A program made the translations under genes and the position numbers. 64,000 bases of DNA. Source: Laetmonice hystrix. Its lineage: Eukaryota. Numbering within the stretch: position 1 is the first letter of the stretch; each line of letters begins with the position of its first letter. Under the pieces are notes generated by a model. That model saw nothing but the letters and a program-made list of their open reading frames with translations, ran no database searches and was not told where the DNA came from. Shown piece after piece: positions 38,403 through 51,342 of this stretch. Location: NCBI GenBank assembly GCA_965235115.1, contig OZ249436.1:50098001-50162000 (forward strand). Direction: 5' to 3'.

Positions 38403-41400
38403 TAAAAGATAACGTTGATATGATAATTTCAAAACTTGAATTTTAATTGATAGAATACTGCAGTTAGGCTGATTTCACTACCTGTCGGTGTAGACGCGCC
38501 ATTAGTACCCTCGAGCCAATCCCCGATTTATGGCAGACAGGAAATGGTCGGACCCTACAGCTGCAGGGCGGACGCAGGTGCTCTGGAGAGGGTTGGACCA
38601 GAAAAGACACTTGTGAAGTTCCTTAAAGTGGCATCGTTAGTATCTTCGAGAATAAAACACTTACCTGTCCCCTATATAGTAACCTATTGACATATTTGAA
38701 GACACACTGTTACTGCAATACTGCAGTATGATGATTTTTGTTAACTAAAACTCGGACCGAAGCTAAAACATGATAATTAGCAGGAGTTTGAATTTGCCTC
38801 CGCTGTCCAGAAGGGGCGCTGACTGTGAGAGGCGCGTGGGAATTCCCCTGTTAGTACACGGTTATCGAAAATGGCCAAGCGGTTCGAAGGCAGAGCGTTA
38901 GATTGCAACGGAGCCAGCTGAGCATTCTCACATTACATTTGGTTGGTCTCACTTCAATTCAGTTGAGTTTTACATGTGACACTAAGTTGATTTATATGGC
39001 AGTGTGCCGATATTACAGGTTTTAAAAACAGTGGACCTTTAAAGTGTTGTGATACTTATCGGTTATTTGTTATCACTATTTTACGACTACTTTTTTACTA
39101 CAAGCAAAAAAGAAAAATTGGCAGCTCAAGGGGGGCACGGCCACCCAGTGCACCCCCTCTAAATCCGCGCCTGAGCTGGAAAATGTGAAATAGAACACTT
39201 TATGACCTGCCTCTATGATCATCTTATCTGCTGATATGTCAAGTTTGAACTCTCACTTGCAGGGTATGCTACTTTGATCATTAAGCGCACGTGTGAAATT
39301 AACCTCCACTCAGCAATTAATGCTGGAAATTACTGCAATTACTTCAACTATTTCAACTTTTGACGCGCGCGCGCACCAAAACAAATCGCTAACTTGCGTC
39401 CGGCGGAAATCGGGCAGAAATAGGGCATAACGGTTTATTCACGTATCTCCGTCAGAATCCTGGCGAAACCTCTGATTGGCTGACCTTCTCTGGGTCAAGG
39501 TCAGCTGTCTGGTTCCCTGCCTCACTAGGACATTTCATCTGACCCAAAATTCTGCCACAGATATGTAACAATATGCTATCAATTCAACAGAATACACATA
39601 GGGAAGCGGGGGTATTTTAAATGAAAGGCGAGGAGTGCCTATATCCGATCCCATGCATCTTTATCTTTGAGCGGTAAACATGCAGAGGGTGGCGGAACTG
39701 CTATAGAGACTCGTCAGGTCAGGCAATACAAACAGAATCGATGCAATAAACGTGGATTTGGAAGCACTCTGGTGATCAAAGGATTCAATGATTCTTCTTG
39801 TGTAAAGTCTGATTGGAACTCCAGCGGACTGATTATCATGTACATGACACGCCAAGAGCCGTGGGAGCGGCACGTATAGATTGGAGACGAGGCTGCCAGG
39901 GCCTCTGACGTCACAAGGAACCGGCATGATTTGTTGGTCTATTGATGTTCACTCAACCATGAAAACAATGGCTAAGGCTGAGCGGTCAGCAACAAAGGTT
40001 TAATTAGTTGCTAAGAGATTGAATTTGACCGTTTATCCTCAAGACTTAATTGTATTATTGCAAAAAGGAGCTTTTGTGAAGCTTTCAGCTAAAAAATGTA
40101 TTAGATCTAATATATGAACGCATAATTTCATACATAAGTAATTTATGCATACAAGTAGCCTACCTTTCATCCTTAGCAACATGATAAATATGGCGATCAA
40201 ATAATGGCAACAAATGTAAGAAAATTACAAGTGAAAATTACGAGCACGGTCCGCCGTACAAACCACCGCCATGGCAAACCGGCGTGGCCGCGTGGAGCAA
40301 AGGAAGGCAATTACCAATGGCACACGCTGCTCCGTATTACAACTACATGCGCAGTAATTTTGCTTCCAATTTATTACGAGAGAGAGGGGGTCGATGTTGT
40401 GGCTTTTAATTGACAAAGTCCCTTTAAAAATATATGTGTCAACGTAAATCATTTTCTGTCACGTTAAAAAGAGATACGAAAACCATTACGAACCAAAAAA
40501 AAAACCAACAACCTGGAATAATGCTAACATCGGCTCCTCTACACAGCTGCCAATATGAGATACTGTAGTCACTGCCCAAAGTGACTGATACAGTGTACAG
40601 TATATTTATATGTACAACGTGTCAGTCCCGTGCGTGTTGCGAAGGCCACACTAATGTCTCTTCAGCAAACGCGATGTTTGCTCTGCTGCCACAATGAGAA
40701 AAGAACCTTAAATGGGCTGCCAGAAATCGACAGCGATCGGCAGTGTTATTATACTCGGTAGTGCTGAATGAAATCTGCTGACTCCTATAACTAGCCCAGA
40801 CCTTAGTATTGTCCCGATTTGACCTCGCTCTCCCCCATTTTGGGGTGAAAAATTTCACTAGATATGAAGAGAATCGAGGTGTTTACCCAGAAGCTTGCGG
40901 CACAGGGGTTTTGAAATATTTAACGTCACAGTTATTTCTTATGTATCGTTGGTGGCGTGAGTTTTGATTTAAAGGTAGACTGTGACTTTGTATGCTGCCC
41001 TCGCGGTTCTCCTGATCGTTGGCGCTGCTCGTATTGCTGGAGGCGTGAGTTTTGATTTGATGGTAGACTGTGACTTTGTATGCTGCCCTCGCGGTTCTTC
41101 CTGACGCTTAGTGATGGGTTCCAGCCCACAGGTATGCCATTCGATCAATTCAATTCCTTTCTTATCTGTTAATCTTCTTATTAGACCCCGCCCCCACCAT
41201 TGGCAACATATAGGACAAAACAGATAAGTTAGTGAAGGAAATATTATCATTAAGGGATCCAGGAGGGGGGCAGAGGGCGCGGGCCCCCTTAGATTTTCTT
41301 TTTTTTATGAAGATGCATTAGTACAGTCGCAATCAAATCATGCCGAACATAGCGAAGCAACCAATTTTTAGGTGTCCTCCCCTTATCAAAATCCTGGATC

Positions 41401-42889
41401 CCCCACTGATTATGTAACGTTCCTTGGTATAATGCACCGTTGGCAGTCAGATTATACCATGTGTCAGCGTCTTTGGTTCACTGTTTCTGCCGAGGTTCGA
41501 TTCGCATTGCCTTGCAACACTATAAAAATGCATTGAATAATTTATGTTTTTAAAAGAGACATCCTAGAACAGGTGTTCTTACTTGTTAAAACGACTCACG
41601 TCGGTACTGAAGCTGAGGAGAAAACATCCGAATCTTTACATATGTTAAAAAAAGATTCAGACTTAACATCTATTTAGCTTTTGTTGAGAGAGCTGTGGAA
41701 GGTTTATTCGAGCAGCCAACAAAGGATACGACGGAAAATCACAGCCTATTTGTGCCCAGTAATTGCCCTCGTTTTTCTCTTTCGATTTTCGGATTTCCTG
41801 TGTTGTTACATTATTAATATGTAATGATTTAAAACGTATGTAACGCAGTCCATTGTCGGCGAATTTCTTGTTGGTTGTGGGGCAGGAATGACAGTGATTA
41901 ATGACGATGGTTTTATGGCCGACGTTTAAACCAATATAACAGCATCCAATGTTGACAATTCCTTCCGAATTTTCTTTACTTTCCCAAATGCTTTTAACGT
42001 CAAACAGAAACAATGTCATAGGTAATGCCTGCCTTTTAGCTGAGGATAAAACCCCCGATGATCTGCACAAGTTAACATGAATTCGTCAGTCGTGCTCCGT
42101 CGAACTGGAAGCATTTGGACGCCATGTGAACCTGGTGTCACGTGACGTGCACCTGCGAGTTGGGGTTCTCAGCCTTTGACACTTTTCATAGCTCTAACCA
42201 ACAATGATGACCCTTCCTAATACTTATACTATGGGTAACGACTAAACTCTTCACTCTGATGCCAAGTTCCTCTCAGAAAATAGCCTGTCCAGGCCAAACG
42301 TCTAATTCTCCGTGAAGATGGCCCTGGATGCAGACACAACGTAAAACCACCATTACTCACTCACTCACTCCCAAACGTCCGAAGACGTATTTGTCAGGAA
42401 GGATCTTAGCAAGCCCGGCTTTGTCAGTGGTTCGCCGCCACTCCCGCAAATGCATCCAGCGCTCAAATGTGTCAACGATAACAAAAAGATTCTAAGCTGA
42501 GATCTACTAATACATGTATTGTGTTCACGTTTCATGCCGAAGCTATGGCAGTGAGAATCCCCCCCCCCCTCCGCGTGGGATGAGAGCATGAAGATGTACA
42601 GGACAATATGTGCTGACGTCACGGTCAGGTTGTAAACACGGAGACTTTCGGCGAGCTGTCTGTGATTCGCCAGGTAAAAGAGTCCCAAGTTGCCACCCAG
42701 AAATCTCCGTTATTGCAAGTCATTCGCCGGGTATCAGGTCAGTTCCTAAATAATTTCAAATAATATCGTTCCGGTCAGACAAAACCGGTTTGTGATTCTC
42801 GAAGTGGGTGTAGTTCTATGTTTTAAGGATTTTACAATTTCACACTCATACAGATATGATATATACAGCCGATTAACCAGGTGGGACCT

Positions 42890-43190
42890 CATTTCAATAT
42901 AATTTATTATATTCCAATGCATGCATACAACCATTTCAATATAATTTATTATATTCCAATGCATGCATACAACCATTTCAATATAATTTATTATATTCCA
43001 ATGCATGCATACAACCATTTCAATATAATTTATTATATTCCAATGCATGCATACAACCATTTCAATATAATTTATTATATTCCAATGCATGCATACAACC
43101 ATTTCAATATAATTTATTATATTCCAATGCATGCATACAACCATTTCAATATAATTTATTATATTCCAATGCATGCATACAACCATTTCA
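42890..43190. repeat. 42 bp AT-rich minisatellite, 7 perfect copies
   Basis: Unit CATTTCAATATAATTTATTATATTCCAATGCATGCATACAAC. Confidence 0.97.
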
Positions 43191-43260
43191 TTATAATGTT
43201 TTGTAGGGGTATGAGGCCAGGGCCCGGTATCTCGAAAGTTCTCAAGCCATGCATACTTAA

Positions 43261-43868
43261 AGGGAGTATCCGCTGAATGGACCGGAATCTTATGCTCACC
43301 TACTCACTACTGACGTATATTTTATGGCACTGAATGTTTTCTATATTGATTCTGTCAACCCGTCCTATGAGTAGACAGCTGTGAAATTCCCCCTGATGGT
43401 GGAAAAATGACAAAAACTAGCCCGAGTGCACGGTAAGACGATGAATGCCGCCATTTGCAATCGTTTGAACGTTGTGTTGTTGTGGTGTGAGCACACCCCC
43501 GTTAACAGTTCGCAACGAATGTCGTTCCAGAATTCGTGGAAAGAAATATCCCCGAAAATAATGCTGACAGTATTCGAAATCTCATTTCGCTAGTACAACT
43601 CGAACATCTTTATTGCAAATATACTGACAGAAGAGCTTCTAATGTGTTCAGGCGATAATTTGCATATCGTGTAACAGCACTCCCGAGGTCTCGGAAGCCA
43701 AGTTTTAGTGTGTGAAATGAGATTTGGCGACTTTAGAATATATTTTACATTATACCTGCCAGGTCCACATAGAAAGGCATGAGAGCTTTGTATCATATTG
43801 GAGAACCGCAGTGCAGACGTATCTTTTTGTAAAACGCCACGTATTGAAATTCGTGCGATACTATCTTT
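43261..43868 (+). mobile_element. Kolobok-type non-autonomous element
   Basis: TTAA|AGGGAGTATC ... GATACTATCT|TTA(T). Paralogous to 34500-35444. Confidence 0.65.
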
Positions 43869-44091
43869 ATGAGCAGTAAAGTTTGCTCATGTTAAGTATA
43901 CTGTCAGGTTTTCAACAGTTTGTGTTTCCGTACTACGGGCGAACGTGGCGAAAGGTACCTCGCATTCCTGACCTCCCGACAACGGTGCTACATAACAGCC
44001 CCGGGCCGGGGACCACAGCATACCTGGCATGTCAACCCTGGGAAATGTAGAGAAGGAGTTTTTTTATGCAGGCAAAACTCGAACACATTTA

Positions 44092-44337
44092 AGGCCTGTA
44101 CCCACTAGCGCGTTTTACCGCTGCGGGCCACGCTGAGCGACAAAACGTGCTAGTGGGTTCAGGCCTTTAGCTGTTATTGTTGTATTCATCGTGATAAAAT
44201 TCGGACTCCCACGTAATTCGGAAATGGCCACATATCTCCTGAAGGCGGTGGTGCTTGCCGTAAGGTCTGAACCCACAAGCGCGTTTTGTCGCTCAGCGTG
44301 GACCGCAGCGGTAAAACGCGCTAGTGGGTACAGGCCT
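44092..44337. mobile_element. Tourist/Harbinger-type MITE
   Basis: ~70 bp TIRs beginning AGGCCTGTACCCACTAGCGCGTTTTACCGCTGCGG; TTA TSD. Confidence 0.88.
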
Positions 44338-45639
44338 TTATTCGGACAGATGTGTCCCCATCCCGTTGTGACAATGAACCCTCGCTCATAGTCTTGGAAC
44401 CCAATAGGCCTATACAATATACAGCATTAAATTGCAAATACGTTGTTATTGATTCTCGACAGTGAGCCCACACTGCACTGTCTTGGAACCCTGTGTGATA
44501 TGTCATAAAATGTGCAATGTCTGAAAGTGTTAGATGGGGGTCAGTCATGAATCCGGAATTATGGAGTACCAATGGCGGCAGGTGGGGCGGCGGAGGTATT
44601 GCTCAAATTGCACGTGTGCTCGCTTCGAGAATGTAAAACATTTAAAACGTCCAGTCACAGTTCCATCAAAGTTCATTGTTAATTTGCTCCTGTGGGCCTG
44701 GTTATAGAGGTAAGTGGCACTCTTTACAGCTTTGGGTTCATCTTTGGTAGGTTTGAAGTTACTGGCCTTGCAGTCTGAGTTGAGTTTGCAGCTAGTTTGC
44801 AGTCAGCGGTTCCAACATGTGAACTTTGAGATATCCGGAGATTTTAAGTATGAATCGGGAGGTCAGGATATAACTCTCCAAATCGAGACTGCCGACGATA
44901 TCGGGAGAGTTGACAGGTATGCCACAGAAATTTCAGTTGCAATGACCGTGCAACGGGCGGCATAGATCTAGGCATCGATTTAGATCTATAGACTAATATT
45001 TTCTTAAATCACGCGTGCAAGTGTTAAGAGACATTTGAAATGCAAATTACGGTGTAAACAGCAGTCCAGGCCATGGTCAGCTGCGGTATGTTTCTAGCCA
45101 CAGAAAAAGCAGAGTTGCATTCTGTATCGGATTGTGACTGGACAGAATGACTTGGCCAAGTTCCTGTTCTTCCACTGAAACCTAAAACTCGGACCATTTG
45201 GAAAGCCTTCGCTTATCGATTTTGTGGCACGACAGACATGGCTGTCTCGTACCTTGGTGCCCCTTCTGCACATTGATCCTTCCTATTAGACTCTTCTTTC
45301 TCTGTCGAAATGGCACTCCAGACGAGATGGCCTTAAAACGAATGTGTAGAGAGTGTAGGATTGTCTGTGTTAATTAGGCACACAGCACTTCACAAAGTAT
45401 TCTGGCCGTAAAGAAAACGGATAATTTTGTAATTATGTGTGCCCAGTAATGAAATAATTGTTGGGACCATGAAGTGAGTTAAAAAATAATCATCTTTAAT
45501 CAGGATATCCCACTCGATTGATAGTGCCGTCACAATGTGGGGCCATGTACACACAATAATTATTTTACAGTGCCTGTGTTATTTTCCACTCGATAAATAA
45601 AAGAATCTCTCAATCTCAATCTCAAACATGTATACACAC

Positions 45640-46290
45640 ATAACACATCACCAGTGAGCTATTTCAAGATTATTGTCGGGAAAGAACATTGCAAGTATAG
45701 TTTTTTTTATCTCTACTTTAAATTCATTTAAGTCAGTTGAACATCTGATATAAGTGTAAATTGTTCCATAATAACAGTTGGATTTTCTATAAAGCTCAGT
45801 TCTGGGCATAGGAATTTCAATTACATTACCATAATGAACTCAGTTATCCTGTTATTTTTTGTTACAACCCTTTCTATTTATTCATTAAAAGTAATTTTTT
45901 GGTAATATAACTAATCGACGGTATTTAAGGGAGTAACCTGGCGTCTATATGTAAATTAATTAAACTGTAGAAAATATTTCTATTAAGAGCAATTCTTAAT
46001 CCATTATTTTGAATTACCTGCAATTTGTACTTGTATAACTCATTACATGTACCATTAAAGACATTGTCATATTCAATATAAGGTAGGATCACTGATTTCA
46101 AGCTAATAAGTGCCGTGTTCTTATTAATACAGTGCCTAATTCTTGCTACCATATGCCTTATGGCCTGCTTTACGTCTACTGATTTTGATATGGTCGTTAA
46201 ACTGCAGTTTATTATCTAAAATTATCCCAAGAGATGAGAAGGTACGAACAAATTCAAGCTATACGTCATTGACATTAATATATAATATTT
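45640..46290 (-). mobile_element. 5'-truncated CR1/L2-group LINE remnant (region C-terminal to the RT domain)
   Basis: Translates as LGIILDNKLQFNDH..RIRHCINKNTALISLKSVILPYIEY..KLQVIQNNGLRIAL..LH..LLP, then RTELYRKS; contains stops. Confidence 0.8.
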
Positions 46291-46650
46291 CGTTTTCTTC
46301 TCATACACACTTCCCAAGTACATGCATTTTCTTTTTACCAAGTTCAAATTCCCAGGGAGGGATTTCAAAATCGTTTTCATATTCTCTCCCCCCCCCCCCC
46401 CCATTTTCAAATTCCTGGATGGAGGAAAACCAGTAGGCCTACATATTTCATGCAACACCGGCCTCACCTCAGCATGCTCGGGTCGTCCGGCAGGTGGCGT
46501 TGTTTCAGTCCTAAACAAAGCTGACGCGCATGCGCGCGATAAATTATCACGTTAGTAAGTATACACACGCCACATTCAGGGCCCGGTTTCAAAAAGGCAA
46601 GTATCTTAACTTAATCACTGCTCATGGTCTTTTTTTGGCTGGTCTTATAC

Positions 46651-46973
46651 TGCTGCTCAGCTTCACCCAGCCAATGAGAGGCCCTATAAGCTGCTCAGCT
46701 TCACCCAGCCAATGAGAGGCCCTAAGCTGCTCAGCTTCACCCAGCCAATGAGAGGCCTATAAGCTGCTCAGCTTCACCCAGCCAATGAGAGGCCCTAAGC
46801 TGCTCAGCTTCACCCAGCCAATGAGAGGCCCTAAGCTGCTCAGCTTCACCCAGCCAATGAGAGGGCCTAAGCTGCTCAGCTTCACCCCGCCAATGAGAGG
46901 CCCTAAGCTGCTCAGCTTCACCCAGCCAATGAGAGGCCCTAAGCTGCTCAGCTTCACCCAGCCAATGAGAGGC
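46651..46973 (+). repeat. 36 bp minisatellite, 9 copies, each with a CCAAT box
   Basis: Unit GCTGCTCAGCTTCACCCAGCCAATGAGAGGCCCTAA. Confidence 0.95.
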
Positions 46974-49900
46974 AGAGCTTAACTTAAGATCTTAATCTTG
47001 ACAAGAAGCGGTCAAAAACTTTCCGAATAATGATCCCTTTAAGTGGTTTAGGCTCTTTCGGAGCAGTACTATTGTAAATGATTCCTCATTTGGAGATGTT
47101 TTTTTCGTAGGCCCTGGAAACGAAACAAGATCATCAGCAGAAACTGATACACGAAATTAACGTGACATGAAGACTCCATCAGTATCGAATCAACGATCGA
47201 ATACTGATACCATGAACATTTAAATGAAATCTCGTCATTAATTGCGGACTGTAGTGCATGGATGCACGGTCCAGTCAGTATACTGACTGGACCGTGCATA
47301 TATGACATCGCAGAAGATGTCTAAAATTTAAACTATCGAGACGACTAACCAAGCATATTTTGGGTGGGAACCCTCAGCCCCCACAACTGGCTGTTTGTAG
47401 AGGCGATGAATGGGACGACGGCTGGCGTGGCGACATTTGCTGTGTGTTGGAATGCAGATCTGTGTGGCACAAATTTGGGCTGATAATATAAGCATATTAT
47501 GCAGTTTAATATCTAATTGTGAGTACTGTTATGCAATACAGCCTTTAACATCTTATTTCAATAGTCATGGCTGTTATTTAGATAACCAAACTGTACCGAT
47601 TAACGATTTGAAGGCTCCAGTCGACTGGCCCGCCCAGCCGACCGATATTGTTATTATGGTTGACCGTACAGAAATGAAAGATTCACGAGGAAGACGAGTA
47701 ATCAAAGGTATCCTATCTCCACATAATACCGTCCTCTGATTGGTTCTCATAGGGGTTTCTTTGTCACGTGACAATTGGCGACATGCGAGAAGACAGTTTG
47801 CGACTTCCTGAGACAAGATTTCCAACCATTTCGCGCCTTCCTGCGACAGTTTAAGACATTCCAATTGCCCATCTCTTACGACATCTTTAAAAACAGGCGA
47901 CATTTGGCGCCTGACGTACCTGACGTACATCAGCAGTTTGTCACATGCTGTTGTCAGATGGCTTGTCGGCAATCATCGCGTGACACCCGCAGTGGATCGA
48001 CGCTATTAGACAACATCAGACCGAACCAGATAACATAACGTTTGACTCCCATTTGTAAGGAAATCTCTGGTGTGCAGTCGGATCTGGTGGTGGGCAATGG
48101 TTAAAGGGAAAGTAGCATCCTGTCCTTTCTGCGGCCGTTTCTGATTCTCCTGCAACATAAGTCGGTTGTATAATAACCACATTCGTGCAGTGTCGCTCCT
48201 GTCTATCCTCCAAGGCCGGAAAGAAGACCCTCTATGCAAATAACTATAATTTATAGCATGATTTAGGTCTTCATTATGACTACTATTATATTACTGACAG
48301 GCTGACATGTGTTCCCGATCTCACTCACTCTGCTCGTCCGACGACGGACTCTAATTTTGCCGTTTCATTTTGTACTATAATTGTCATCGAAGTCGGAAAC
48401 CAGCCAACAGCAATAGGATCCAAAACGTATTGATCGACAAACCGAAGCTGCATGCCTGGTCCACTATAATTTCGCGGCACACCGACCGACCACCGGTGAC
48501 CACCAGCCGGTGACAAACTCGGCTCAGCGGAACACGCACTTCATCACCGAGCAAGTTCCTGCTATGTCTCGGCGGAGATCACCTACGTCAGAATACGTAT
48601 AGGGCCTACAATCCTGAAAATCTCCGAGACCCGAAACGCAAACTAAAATGGAATTCCCGAAACATATTCGTTCATTATGACGCAGAGCAGCAGTGGTGTA
48701 TCCATGGGGGTTTCCAAGTATCCCGGACCCCCCCCCCCCCCCCCACCTTGAATAAATACTATATTACGGACATTTTTGTAAAACAGGAGTGTTAAAAGTG
48801 AATTATTTTAACCAAAGGAAGTCTTCATATTTGCAAACAAGACGTTCTGAGATTGCATTATTTGATGTCTTTTTTTAATTTGACAGAGGCGCATGTCCTA
48901 ATGCCATCTCGGAAGGATCTAAACTTAGGAACCCCCCCCCCCCCCCCCCCCCAACCAATTTCTGGATACGCCCCTGAAGCAGCGGAGACCAGCTCACACA
49001 CAAGCTTCATGCCATCTCGTTCCGCCCCGTTATTGCGTCCCCGACAGAAATTCTCGGCCACAAGTAAACCCATAAACCCACTCCTCATGATTGGTGGAAA
49101 CACCAAATCGATGCACCATACGTGTTCTTCTTTCAGCCAATCAGACATGTCCATTTTCAGAGATTCTATAGGACCGTGACCCCCGGGTACAATCACTCCG
49201 AGTATTGGCAGAGAGCGCCCACCTCGCAAGGAGAACAGTACGGGCATGGGCATGGTGGTTTTACGCCGCTGTTCTCGGCGTGAATGTACTATAGGGCAAT
49301 ACTCCGAGTATTGGCAGAGAGCGCCCACCTCGCAAGGAGAACGGTACGGGCAGGGGCATGGTGGTTTTACGCCGTCTTCACGGTGAAAACCGAGCCAGAA
49401 TACTGAACACTGAAAGAAACCTCGATGACTAATAATATAAGCTAGTGCTGGTGGTCTGGCGCACTGTTGGCATCCTGGAAGCAATCATCGATCATTATTG
49501 TAGTTAGGAAAACTAATTTATATCTAGTCACTTAGGGAAATTCAAATAGAATGTACGTTTGCCAATAAATAGTTTATCCCATCGACTTCTATAAGCTTAA
49601 GCTTTTCCCATGTCAGTGTGCAAATTACATGTAGATACAACCTGAAACCGCCTGCCAATAACAGTTCTTCCAATGAACTTCTAGTCGTTCTTTACTATTA
49701 AAGTGTCCCGACGTATATATTATAATATATTATAGTTGTAATTCACAGATGAAATCAATAAATGTCTTACTTTTGCATATATATTGTATTAGTTAAAGTA
49801 ATATCCTAATCCCGAATTTTCTCCAGTATCACACTTGTTCTGTCATATCCTAATTGCACAGAAACATGTAATATTACTAGATTTACCCCAAAAGCCATCT

Positions 49901-51244
49901 ATTTACTCGTGATTCTTGCGAAATTTGATGAGCAAACCTGCACCTATGATCTGATGTGACTGGAAGTAGTTTCAACATGGCAGCGCCCGAAATACATTCG
50001 AGGTGTTTTGCGTACGGAAAGCCCGAGATGTTGCGATTGAGGCCTATGGCTCACTGGACGATGAGGACGCCATCTGGTTTGGCTCCGTCATTAAGAAGTG
50101 CGTAGAAAGTCACGTGAGGAAATTCCCTTTTTTCGGTTGTACTGCAGGCAACACGCAGGTATTGTCCCTATTGGACATTGCAAATGTCTGTACATGTCTT
50201 TGATAACATGTAGGAAGTAATATTAGAAAATCGTTAAAAGTGTCCTACATTCTACTCTATGTCTTTAAGATGTGGTATGTCGGTGATGCTTAATTAATAT
50301 CTCGGTTTCGTCCCGACACAACGGTAAAACATACTTGGGCTGACGGCCATGTACAGGACAACTTTCTATCAGTCATGTCTTTGAGTGAATTAATTGCTGG
50401 ATTGACAGGACTGTTGTTCTGTGAAATATTAAATTACCTTTTTAATTAGGACAAGACCTTTTTCTTCCAAATGTTTTTTCTATACTCTTTTATGTTTCTG
50501 ATATTTCATAGGATATAACTCAATCATAGAACCGGAAGGGGGTGATCCAAAGACTAGACATGAATAATTCCGTTTCCGAATCTCCTGTTGTATAATGCCG
50601 TATCAAACTTGAATCAGGCCTGATAATTAGCCTACCTTTCAGAAATGCCAAGATAATTCATGATAAGTTTCAAAATAATGTTTCATTGCAAAATATGATA
50701 TTTGATTGCTATATATTTCTTATAGGAATGGTGTTGTCTACTATTATTGTCATTGTCAAGATTTTATTGCGATATAGAACCATGACAGTATGGGGGTTTA
50801 GAAATAAAAACGTGGATCCTGGAAAACATCTTCTCTTTGCAAAGAATTACCTGGACCCTATTCAGGACCATGGGCTGTTTTTTTTAAACGTTCATTGATA
50901 GTTTCTGTCGATTGCCAGCTGATGTGTCGTTGATATTAATGACTTGGAAGTGATAACAATAGGCCTGTAATAATATATGGTACAGTCTTTATCTTGGCCG
51001 GGCCGAAGGCGCTATGGCAGGCTCAGTTCGCTGTACCGCTGGAGCGATATACTCCATATTTTAACATGGAATGCCATATTGAACACGGCTTGCGGAATTC
51101 TCAGCAGACGATTAATCGCAGCCTCTAACCTTATCGACAGTGCTGTCAGTTTATTATGGATGGTAACACCCTGCCCCCCTTTAAATATTTAACGTGAGCA
51201 ATGGCTTGAACGCCTTCACCTGGTGTCAACAACCACCCCCACCT

Positions 51245-51342
51245 AGAGAGAGAGAGAGACAGAGAGAGAGAGAGACAGAGACAGACAGAGACAGAGACAG
51301 ACAGACAGAGACAGAGAGAGACAGAGACAAAGACAGAGAGAG
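51245..51342. repeat. (GA)n/(GACA)n compound microsatellite
   Basis: Read directly. Confidence 0.95.
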
